Made by a program: the position numbers and the translations under genes. Below, piece by piece: positions 51,437 through 60,700 of a DNA stretch of 64,000 nucleotides. The stretch covers positions 250,686 to 314,685 of the forward strand of contig CAVXFH010000002.1 in the NCBI GenBank assembly GCA_963761035.1, given 5' to 3'. The stretch comes from an uncultured Gammaproteobacteria bacterium. GTDB taxonomy: Bacteria > Pseudomonadota > Gammaproteobacteria > DRLM01. The notes under the pieces are model-generated. The model was given only the letters and a program-made list of their open reading frames with translations. It searched no databases and was not told the origin of the DNA. How positions within the stretch are numbered: the first letter of the stretch is position 1; every line of letters starts with the position of its first letter.

Positions 51437-53416
51437 TTGAAAAGCGGTTCTTCAGGGAAAAATGTAGTGCAATACCAAGACCCCCTCGAGATAAAGAACA
51501 ACGACGAAACAGCCCATCGCTCCGCTACCGCGGCGGATCTCATCCTGCATTACCTCGAACAAATCGGCGTGGAATACGTCTTCGGGATCCCCGGGGGCGG
51601 TATCGAACCCTTCTATAATGCACTGGCGCGCAGTCAACGCCGCGGCGGACCCCGTGCAATAGTAGCACGCCACGAATCCGGCGCCGCCTTCATGGCGGAC
51701 GGCTATGCGCGCGAATCCGGTAAATTGGGCGTTTGCTGCGCCACTACCGGTCCCGGCGCTACCAACATGATCACCGGCGTGGCCTCGGCGTACATGGATC
51801 ACACTCCCCTGCTGGCGATCACCGCCCAGACATCGCTGAAGACATTTGGTAGAGGGGCCGCTCAAGAGTCAAGCTGTACCGGCATTAATACTGTGGCCAT
51901 GTATCAGCATTGCACCCGTTACAACACGCTGGTATCCCATGTCGAACAACTAGAAAGAAAGCTGATCAGTGCCATTACGACTGCCACGCACCCGCCTTAT
52001 GGCCCTGCACACCTCAGCATCCCCATCGACGTCTTACGGGCGCCGCTTACATTTGATCCATCCTTTAATCTAGGTGCATTGCTAATCCCCTCTCATGCAG
52101 TGGATGGTGAGGCAGTATCTCAGCTTTACCGCACGCTAATGAGCGCTCGTTTCCCTATTTTTATCGTGGGCGCCAATGCTGGTAAAGCAGTCGATTTAAT
52201 TTTGGAATTGGCCATCCTAATCGACGCTCAAGTAGTTACAACTCCAGACGGAAAAGGCTTGGTCAGCTCTTACCATCCCCAGTATCGTGGTATATACGGA
52301 CTTGCGGGCCATACCACTGCGCATGCTCTTGTTAAAAGCAAGTCTGTAGATGCAGTTTTAGCAATAGGATTGAATCTCGATGAACAAGCGACCAATGGTT
52401 GGGAACCCAGCACATTAATCAGCGATAAAACTACATTTATTGACGCTACGCCTCTCTATTTTTCACGATCGCCCGTTGGCCGCCACTACTTCATTGGCAA
52501 CATCAAGGATCTTTTTGAGCGATTGTTATTGCGCTTTCATAATATCCGCAGACAAGATCGTAGCGTAGCTCCTTGGGAACAAACGAAAGGGGCTCAACTA
52601 AGGGATTTCCCTGTCATTCCTTTCGAACGCCGCTTCAATAATCGTCGGCGGGACCGCTCTACTGCCACATTCGAAGGGGTGTCATATCTCCATGCAAAAG
52701 AGCGCCGTTTGGAGATCGATCGCCGCACCACCCAAGTTCCCCCTCCCGTTGTTCGCAGATTTAAACTAAAGGATGAAGACAAATACCATTCAGAAAGCGT
52801 GCCGATCAAACCGCAACGTTTAATGTACGACCTATCCCGTTTATTTCCGCCTACCACGCGATTTTTGGCGGACATCGGCAACAGTTTTTTATGGGTGATC
52901 CATTATTTGCACCCTAATAATCGACGCATTATAGGAAATCGCCTTTCTACTACAGGTACTATCCATTTGGGAATGGGCTTTGCTTCCATGAGCTGGGCCA
53001 TTGGCGCTGCGGCAGGCACAGCCCTGGCCGCACGAGGCATGCCGGTCGTGTGCATAACCGGTGACGGTTCTATGTTAATGAGCGGTCAGGAACTTACAAC
53101 TGCCGTGCAGGAGAAGCTCACAGTGATCTTCGTCGTCCTAAATGATGCTGCCTATGGTACTGTCAAACATGGTCAACAGATGGCGGGTGCGGAATTAATT
53201 GGCTTTGACCTACCTCGCGTCGATTTCGTGGCATACGCGAAATCCATGGGGGCATCGGCTTATTTGATACAGTCTCCTCAAGACATGATCGACTTGAATA
53301 TTTCCGCAATGTGCAAGCGCGCCGGCCCGACGGTGCTTGACGTTCATATCGACCCCGACGAAATCCCCCCTCTAGAGGAGCGAATAAATATGTTGAAATC
53401 GGACATGTCTGCATAA
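51437..53416 (+). CDS. Thiamine-pyrophosphate-dependent enzyme, acetolactate-synthase/benzoylformate-decarboxylase superfamily, with a large internal insertion
   Basis: N-terminal Pyr domain (AADLILHYLEQIGVEYVFGIPGGGIEPFYNAL...ARHESGAAFMADGYAR...CCATTGPGATNMITGVASAYMDHTPLLAIT). C-terminal TPP-binding motif (ITGDGSMLMSGQELTTAV...VVLNDAAYG). Start uncertain (TTG 51437 or GTG 51467). Confidence 0.8.
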   Translation: MKSGSSGKNVVQYQDPLEIKNNDETAHRSATAADLILHYLEQIGVEYVFGIPGGGIEPFYNALARSQRRGGPRAIVARHESGAAFMADGYARESGKLGVCCATTGPGATNMITGVASAYMDHTPLLAITAQTSLKTFGRGAAQESSCTGINTVAMYQHCTRYNTLVSHVEQLERKLISAITTATHPPYGPAHLSIPIDVLRAPLTFDPSFNLGALLIPSHAVDGEAVSQLYRTLMSARFPIFIVGANAGKAVDLILELAILIDAQVVTTPDGKGLVSSYHPQYRGIYGLAGHTTAHALVKSKSVDAVLAIGLNLDEQATNGWEPSTLISDKTTFIDATPLYFSRSPVGRHYFIGNIKDLFERLLLRFHNIRRQDRSVAPWEQTKGAQLRDFPVIPFERRFNNRRRDRSTATFEGVSYLHAKERRLEIDRRTTQVPPPVVRRFKLKDEDKYHSESVPIKPQRLMYDLSRLFPPTTRFLADIGNSFLWVIHYLHPNNRRIIGNRLSTTGTIHLGMGFASMSWAIGAAAGTALAARGMPVVCITGDGSMLMSGQELTTAVQEKLTVIFVVLNDAAYGTVKHGQQMAGAELIGFDLPRVDFVAYAKSMGASAYLIQSPQDMIDLNISAMCKRAGPTVLDVHIDPDEIPPLEERINMLKSDMSA

Positions 53417-53447
53417 CCTATAATATCAAACCAACACCAATTGGTCG

Positions 53448-53473
53448 ATGTATGATGAAATAGGCTCATACAT
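53448..53473 (+). promoter_or_regulatory. Perfect 8-bp stem hairpin ATGTATGA (53448-53455) / TCATACAT (53466-53473) followed by TTT, between the TPP-enzyme and receptor genes
   Basis: Read directly. Could be a partial terminator or attenuator. Confidence 0.4.
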
Positions 53474-53565
53474 TTAGGGTGCAAATTGTCAAACATTTAG
53501 GCCTTTAATTAAAAAACTAACGGACGATAACCTCGTATCATAGGGAAATAAAAGGATCGAGGTAC

Positions 53566-55728
53566 ATGCAAACGAATAAATATGTATCTACTATAGGGTT
53601 ATTTTCTATCATAAGTACATTAACATCTGTCTCAGTTGCTGGAACTAATTCCGAAGAACAGGACTTTGCACTCACTTTTGGTGATGCTCAGATGATCAGC
53701 ATCGCAACCGGCACACAGCAGCCAATATCACGGGCGCCAGCGGTAGCCGATGTAGTCACCTCCGACGACATTAAGGCGATGGGCGCGACCAATCTAGATC
53801 AGGTTCTGGAAACAATTCCAGGTATACACGTATCAGTTTCCTCTTATCGATTTAATCCGATTTATTCAATAAGAGGTATCGGCTCGGATATCGATCCTCA
53901 AGTTCTTGTCCTTGTTAATGGTATTCCCTTAACGCAATTATTTCAGGGCGATCGGGGAATTCGCTCGTCGTTACCTGTTGCCAATATCGCTCGAGTTGAA
54001 GTCATTCGTGGCCCTGGTTCGGCCGTGTACGGTGCTGACGCCTTTGCAGGGGTCATCAATGTCATCACCAAAAAGGCGGATGATATCAATGGAACTGAGG
54101 CCGGTTTGAGAGCTGGTTCCTTCGACAGCCAGGACGGCTGGATACTTCATGGCACGTCTTGGAACGATTATGACATTGCATTTAGCCTGGAATGGTCTCA
54201 CCAAGGAAATGACAATAACCGAATTATTGATGCTGACCAACAAACGACATTTGATCAACTCATTAATATTCCAAATTCCTTGCCGCCAGCTAGCTTGGCC
54301 CCTGGCCCCGTCAATACAAGGCAGCGCCGTATCGACACAACGCTGGACATCCAGCACAATAATTGGAAATTTCACTTATGGAATTGGCGACAAAATGGTG
54401 TGGGAGTTGGGCCGGGGTTGGCTCTGGCGTTAGACCCGACAGGGTCGGCCACTACTAATAACTATCTATCAGATATTACGTATCATAATCCTCATATATC
54501 AGAAAACTGGGATCTCACCTCCCAAATTAGTTATATGGATATCGACATCCACAGTGCGCAAACTCTTTTCCCGTCCGGAACGGTACTGCCTATCGGTAGT
54601 GATGGTAACATCAATTTTTTGTCACCTGCTGGTTTAGTGCTCTTCCCAGACGGGATGATCGGTGATCCGGGCGGACATGAAGACCATTATCGTTTCTCTG
54701 TGGATGCTTTTTATAACGGTTATACGAATCATCGCCTGCGCGTTGGCAGTGGAGTTTATTACGCGAAGCTACGTGTAAACGAGACTAAAAATTATGGCCC
54801 TGGTGTAATTGACGGCACTGTTCCCGTGATTGATGGGACCCTCACGGACGTGACTGGTACATCTAATATTTACATCGAACCAAAAAATCGAACTAATTAT
54901 TTTGCCTTTTTGCAGGATGAATGGACATTCGCTCGTGATTGGAGTACTACTCTTGGTCTTCGTTATGACCACTACTCAGATTTTGGCAATACACTTAATC
55001 CAAGGGCTGCCCTGGTTTGGCAAACGAAATATAATCTGACGACCAAATTACTCTATGGACGCGCATTCCGTGCTCCTTCGTTTGCGGAACTTTATGCCAT
55101 CAATAATCCGATCCGACTCGGTAACGCAAATCTGCGCCCTGAAACCATTGATACCTTGGAGATGGCCTTTGATTATCAACCAACTTTTGATATTAATACC
55201 AAATTGAATTTCTTTACCTACAAAATTCGTAATCAAATATCTCTCGTTTCTCTCACGGGAGGATCTACCTTTACCTCTGATAATACCGGGCAACAAGATG
55301 GAGACGGCCTGGAATGGGAAACCACTTGGAAATTATCCCGTGCATTGGATTTACAAGGCAATTACTCCTATCAGAATTCGTCTAGCAAGCAAAATAATAA
55401 TACCTCCGCCAAAGCGCCTAAGAATCATATATACGCGTCGCTAGACTGGAAATTTTTGGACAATTGGCGTTTGAATACTCAAGCCAACTGGATAAGCCAG
55501 CGTGATCGAGCGCCCATCGATACACGTCCCCCGCTTCAAGGCTATACAACTGTTGACATGACATTGCGTAAGTTTATCAATAATTGGGAAGCCACTATCT
55601 CTGTTCAGAATATTTTTAATCAACATCCCTTTGAGCCGAGTCCTTATGCTCCACCCGCCGCCCCTGTTCCCAACGACTTTCCGCTATCGGGCAGGAGCGG
55701 CTATGCAGAACTCCGATACCACATGTAA
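53566..55728 (+). CDS. TonB-dependent outer-membrane receptor
   Basis: Signal peptide, plug region (DVVTSDDIKAMGATNLDQVLETIPGIHVS ... VEVIRGPGSAVYGADAFAGVINVITK), long beta-barrel with Tyr/Asn-rich strands. 720 aa. Confidence 0.85.
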   Translation: MQTNKYVSTIGLFSIISTLTSVSVAGTNSEEQDFALTFGDAQMISIATGTQQPISRAPAVADVVTSDDIKAMGATNLDQVLETIPGIHVSVSSYRFNPIYSIRGIGSDIDPQVLVLVNGIPLTQLFQGDRGIRSSLPVANIARVEVIRGPGSAVYGADAFAGVINVITKKADDINGTEAGLRAGSFDSQDGWILHGTSWNDYDIAFSLEWSHQGNDNNRIIDADQQTTFDQLINIPNSLPPASLAPGPVNTRQRRIDTTLDIQHNNWKFHLWNWRQNGVGVGPGLALALDPTGSATTNNYLSDITYHNPHISENWDLTSQISYMDIDIHSAQTLFPSGTVLPIGSDGNINFLSPAGLVLFPDGMIGDPGGHEDHYRFSVDAFYNGYTNHRLRVGSGVYYAKLRVNETKNYGPGVIDGTVPVIDGTLTDVTGTSNIYIEPKNRTNYFAFLQDEWTFARDWSTTLGLRYDHYSDFGNTLNPRAALVWQTKYNLTTKLLYGRAFRAPSFAELYAINNPIRLGNANLRPETIDTLEMAFDYQPTFDINTKLNFFTYKIRNQISLVSLTGGSTFTSDNTGQQDGDGLEWETTWKLSRALDLQGNYSYQNSSSKQNNNTSAKAPKNHIYASLDWKFLDNWRLNTQANWISQRDRAPIDTRPPLQGYTTVDMTLRKFINNWEATISVQNIFNQHPFEPSPYAPPAAPVPNDFPLSGRSGYAELRYHM

Positions 55729-55748
55729 TGACTCTCTCGTAATTCTCG

Positions 55749-56567
55749 ATGCCCAAGAAAGACAATATCAACGACCCTATCCTTCGCAATGAAAAGTTTG
55801 CTGAAAAGATACCTACGCGCATTTGGTGTGAAGAGCCGAGCCCAGATAATCCCTACATAGCTCAGCGCAGTCTCTGCCATGGCTATGATTTCTTTGAATT
55901 GATGCAATCCTGCACCTTTATTGAGGTCTTCTACCTGCTATTTCGAGGAGAGCTTCCTACTAAAGATCAGGCGCGTTTACTCGAAACATTGATGATAGCT
56001 CTTATCAATCCTGGGCCTAGACATCCTGCAACGCGTGCCGCTATGTCCAGTGCCGTCAGTAAAGCCCATATCAGCCATATTCTCCCGATATCCCTCTCGT
56101 GCCTTAGCGGAGATCATTTGGGTGCAAGTGAAGTAGAAAGTGCCATGCGCTTTATCAAACGATCGGTAACAACCGAACCTGCAATGCTGTTACCTTCACT
56201 TATCGAGCAGAATCCCAAGCCATCCGAAGGAGACTGGCATATCGCCCCAGGTTTTGGCAGTCGCTTCGGCGGTATCGACGTGCTTCCGCAAAAAATAGCC
56301 AATATACTTTGTGCAATGGCTGGTGCTGACGCAGCGCTTGAGTGGGGTATGAAATTCGTCAATGAAATCGCTATCCATCATTCAGGTTGGCTCAACACAA
56401 GCATAGCTGCCGCGGTATTTCTTGACCTAGGCTTTCACCCGCGAAACGGGCCCGGTCTATTTCAGATTCTCTCGTCGCCGGGCCTATTAGCTCATGGATT
56501 GGAATTTGCCAATAAACATATTACAGCCATGCCCTTCGTAGATAATGAGCATTATGTTATCGAGTAA
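55749..56567 (+). CDS. Citrate-synthase / citryl-CoA-lyase-fold protein, short form (subunit A)
   Basis: HGYDFFELMQSCTFIEVFYLLFRGELPTKDQARLLETLM resembles the citrate synthase pattern RGY.I.EL....F.EV.YLLL.GELPT..Q. LSGDHLGASEVESAMRFI resembles the catalytic-His segment L.GPLHGGANE.V..ML. Assignment is from remembered motifs only. Confidence 0.55.
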   Translation: MPKKDNINDPILRNEKFAEKIPTRIWCEEPSPDNPYIAQRSLCHGYDFFELMQSCTFIEVFYLLFRGELPTKDQARLLETLMIALINPGPRHPATRAAMSSAVSKAHISHILPISLSCLSGDHLGASEVESAMRFIKRSVTTEPAMLLPSLIEQNPKPSEGDWHIAPGFGSRFGGIDVLPQKIANILCAMAGADAALEWGMKFVNEIAIHHSGWLNTSIAAAVFLDLGFHPRNGPGLFQILSSPGLLAHGLEFANKHITAMPFVDNEHYVIE

Positions 56568-57384
56568 TGATGATATGAAGGATACAGAATTCTGGGATAA
56601 AAGACGCAACATCATCCGCTCCCGCAAAGGAGGCGCTATTCTTGGCGGCGGACGCGTGTTTAGCCATGGCTACTCAATACTAGAAGACTTGCTCGGTAAA
56701 GCGAGCTATTTTCAAGTTCTAGTGTTAAACGTCACCGGACGCCTCCCGGAAGATCAGCTATCCAAATGGATAGAATCCACTTTTATCTGCTTAAGCTGGC
56801 CTGACCCCCGCATTTGGTGTAATCAAATAGGGGCTCTTGGAGGTTCCCTACGCAGTTCCCCAGTAGCCGCAATCACTGCAGGCGCTCTTGCATCCGATTC
56901 AATGCTATATGGACCAGGGACTGCAATAGGTGCGACTAAATTTATTACTACCGCGCTTCAAAAAAGAAAGAATGGCGCCTCCGTTGAGGCAATAATTCAC
57001 CCTTATCGCAGGAACCCAGAAAGCATACCAATCATTCCAGGCTATGCTAGGCCACTAGCCTATGGCGACGAAAGAGTTTCCGCAATGGAAAAGATTACAA
57101 AAAACCTTGGATTTGATATCGGTGAACATTCTGCACTCGCTTTTGATATTCAATCTTATTTGTTTGATCATTTCGGAGAAAGCTTAAATCTGGCTGGATA
57201 CATAGTTGCTTTTCTATCTGATCGAGGGATTTTACCCGAAGAAATATACCGTATTTATTCATTATGCACTGTTAACGGAATTCATGCATGCTACGCAGAG
57301 GCTTATGACAACCCACCTGAATCATTCCTTCCACTAAAATGTGAAGATATCGAATATAAAGGCAAATCATATCGTCCGCTATAG
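56545..57384 (+). CDS. Citrate-synthase / citryl-CoA-lyase-fold protein, short form (subunit B, catalytic His apparently absent)
   Basis: SHGYSILEDLLGKASYFQVLVLNVTGRLPEDQLSKWIE parallels subunit A and the citrate synthase pattern. The equivalent of GPLHGGA reads YGPGTAIGA. Overlaps the upstream gene by 23 nt (start uncertain). Confidence 0.5.
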   Translation: MSIMLSSNDDMKDTEFWDKRRNIIRSRKGGAILGGGRVFSHGYSILEDLLGKASYFQVLVLNVTGRLPEDQLSKWIESTFICLSWPDPRIWCNQIGALGGSLRSSPVAAITAGALASDSMLYGPGTAIGATKFITTALQKRKNGASVEAIIHPYRRNPESIPIIPGYARPLAYGDERVSAMEKITKNLGFDIGEHSALAFDIQSYLFDHFGESLNLAGYIVAFLSDRGILPEEIYRIYSLCTVNGIHACYAEAYDNPPESFLPLKCEDIEYKGKSYRPL

Positions 57385-57424
57385 AAATGCCCTTTAAATC
57401 GACTTTAAATTCTGTTTCCTTAGG

Positions 57425-57539
57425 TGCGGCCACAACCACTTGTGCCTTGAAGGCCGGTGAGTGATTCCTCCGTTTACGCTTTGCCATACACTTGCTCCTT
57501 TTACTGGCCCTCTCGGGCCATCTATAGGGCAAGACTACA
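57425..57539 (-). mobile_element. Truncated IS3-family-like left end: terminal TG... repeat, Shine-Dalgarno and the first ~21 codons of orfA
   Basis: Reverse strand: TGTAGTCTTGCCCTATAGATGGCCCGAGAGGGCCAGTAAAAGGAGCAAGTGT ATG GCA AAG CGT AAA CGG AGG AAT CAC TCA CCG GCC TTC AAG GCA CAA GTG GTT... = MAKRKRRNHSPAFKAQVVVAA. This is the typical start of IS3-family OrfA HTH proteins (..R..SPEFKA.V...). Similarity ends about 57425. Confidence 0.55.
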
Positions 57540-57769
57540 ACTTATTCCTTTGTCCGAATTTCGGGGGTAAGCTCTTATCAAAACCCCCGAAAAAACCCTT
57601 CACTTTATATTAAGATACCCCTTATGCTGCTTCTGCGATCCGTAGTTGACATTCCCACGGTGAGGTTGGAAGCTAATACAAATTAGGCTCCGGTTAATAA
57701 AACAAACATTCATGCATAGGGTGTAAGAGGAGACCCTACAATGCAAATTTTAAATCTACATTTTTTTCC

Positions 57770-60700
57770 ATGAACGATGCTAGTGGCGATGGCATGAGGC
57801 AGTCATTTTCGGCTCAGCTCGCCAAGCTAAGTCTGCCACGCTTAGCGCGCGGGGTTGCCCGACCGCGGCTATTCACAGTGTTGGATAAGGCGCGGAAACG
57901 TCAGCGACGTGGATTGCCTCACCAGCCGAGGCGCCGGCAAAACTACCTTGGTGGCGACTTGGCTCCTGGAGCGCGGATCACCCTATTTGTGGTATCAACT
58001 GGACAAGGACGATGCCGATCCCGCGACATTTTTCTATTATCTTGGCATCGCCGCCAAACACGCCTCACAGGATCCGTCTCTTTTTCTCCCGCTGTTGACT
58101 CCAGAATATCTACCAGACATACCTGGTTTCGTCCGGCGCTACTTCCGTAAACTTTTTGCCTTGCTACCTTCCGGCATGGTATTGGTCCTGGACAACTATC
58201 AGGAGGTGGATGACGCTGCTATCTTTTCCGATATCTTACGCAGCGCTATCGGTGAAATACCCGAAGGAAGCCATCTCCTAGTGATCAGCCGCACTGATCC
58301 GCCCCCCACATTGGCGCGCCACCGGGCAACGAGCACCCTGATCCTCCTCGACTGGGGCATCCTGCGCCTGACCCTGGATGAGACCCAGTCCATCGTTACC
58401 CATGACTTGCCCCTCAACGACGAGAGTATCAGAACATTGCACGAACGAGCCGATGGCTGGCCCGCCGCCGTGACCCTGATGCTAGAACACATCAAGAGGA
58501 ATGGCGCGGAGAATTGGGACATTGGATCCGGCCCATTGGAGACGGTGTTTCACTTCTTTGCCAACGAGTTCTTCAATGCCCTGCCAGAGACCACACAGGA
58601 CTTCCTGCTAACGACGGCGCTGCTTTCGCACATTACCCCAACTCTAGCCGAACAGCTGAGCGGTAACCCCGATGCCGGATCGATATTGACTGACCTTCAC
58701 CGCCGCCATTTCTTTACCCATCTCCGTGTCCTGGAAGAGACTAGTTATCAATACCATACGTTGTTCCGCGAGTTCCTGCTGGTCAGGGCGGCGGAGACAT
58801 ACACACGAGACCAATACCTTGCACTGACAAGCCGGGCAGGACGCTTGCTTAACGAACACCACCGCAGCGAAGAGGCGGTAATCCTGTACCTCCGTGCCCA
58901 GGATTGGGAGACGGCCATCCCCTTGTTGCTCAGCCAGGCTCCCCTCCTCCTAGCCCAAGGCCGCGCCCAGATTTTAGCGGGATGGTTGCAGCAGATACCG
59001 GAAGCATTAATAGTGGCTACGCCGTGGCTCCTATATTGGAAGGGCATGAGCCAACAATTTATTGACCCATTTGCTGCGCGACGGAACCTTGGAGCTGGCT
59101 AATGCCGGATTTGTAAGCTCGAATGATGTCATTGGTCAGATGCTGGTCGCCTCCGCAATAATCGACATTGCTTATATCCTTAGGCAGGGTTTTACCTCCG
59201 CTTTACCATGGATAGAGACGCTACAGAACTGTTACAACACGCATTCTGAAATTCAGTCTTCGACAATAGAGTCGCGCATTCTAACAAGCCTTGTTGCGCT
59301 CTTAACTTTTACAGCTCCACAAGAACCACGGCTGTCCGATTACGCCAATCGTCTATCATTTCTTTTATATAGTGATATAGATGTTAATCAGAAAGTGTTC
59401 ACGGCTGGCCACCTGCTTTATTACACGTCATTGTTGCTGGCGATAGAGAAACCAGCGAGAGAATCATGGCGCATATTATGCCGCTTATTAGCTCTCCGGC
59501 ACTAAGCGTTGTCAATCAGATCTTTTGGCGGCATATGTGTGTGCTACCTTTTATTCTAGCTGGACAGGTTGACGCTGCGTACGAAGTTACTCGTCCCGTT
59601 TTAAATTTAGTAAGAGAAAACAACCTACGCTTTTTAGAGTTTATTGCCAATGTTTATGAGATGTTCGTCACTTATCACATTAACAATAGGATTTAGCCCA
59701 ATCGATAATTATGCACTTGCCGGCGATTTTGATAAACTTCCCACCAGCCTATGGATACGGCCTGGCTTCAGTTGACTGAATGTTGCTATGCCTAGATGAA
59801 TAATGATTGGGCTATGGTTTTAAGCCATGCGATAGCGGCTCGTAACGACTTTTCAAATTTTTCTTCGCCAACATTTGAAATGGAAATTACTTGCCTTATT
59901 GCTAACGCACGTTGTGAAAGCGCTAAGCCCGAAGAAGCCTTAGATCTACTCTGACTACTTAAACAACATAATTACAGCAAATCCCCAAGGTTATGCTTTC
60001 AAATTTTACTAATTGAAGCCTATGCCTATCTCGTTCAAGGAGATAGGGAGAATTGTCATTTTTCCTCACGTAAAGCATTAAGTATTGGTTGAATTCATCG
60101 TTACTTTGGGAATCTTTTTTGGTTCTCACGATTGATTACACGCCTCTGTGCCGAGGCGCTGCAGACTGGGATTGAGGTAGAATATGTTCGGCAATTGATC
60201 CGCAAGCGCAAGATCCTGCCCGAAGAATCCACCATCGAGCACTGGCCATGGCCGGTGAGGATTTATACCCTGGGACAATTCAAGGTAATGCTCAACGACC
60301 AGGAGATTCCGGAACTAAAGGCCCAGCGCAAACCGTTCGCTCTGCTCCAGTCACTGATCGTCTTGGGTGGCGCGGAAGTGAAGATCGATAGGATCACCGA
60401 AATAGTATGGCCGGACGCCGAAGGAGACGCGGCCGTCTCGGCCTTTACCACTACCGTCTCGCGGCTGCGCAAGCTGATCGGCGAGCATGCGATAATTGTA
60501 AAAGGCGGGCGGATAAGCCTCAATGAACGCAACTGTTGGGTGGATGTTCGAGCGCTGGAACGCCAACTGGACCTAACGGATAACCCTCAAGGCAACAGCG
60601 CCCGGGACTGCGCCGAGAAACTTCTTTCCCTCTACCGCGGTGCATTTTTGAGTGATGAGGATGGGGAATGGATCCAACGGCGGCGCCGCCGGCTTCGGGA

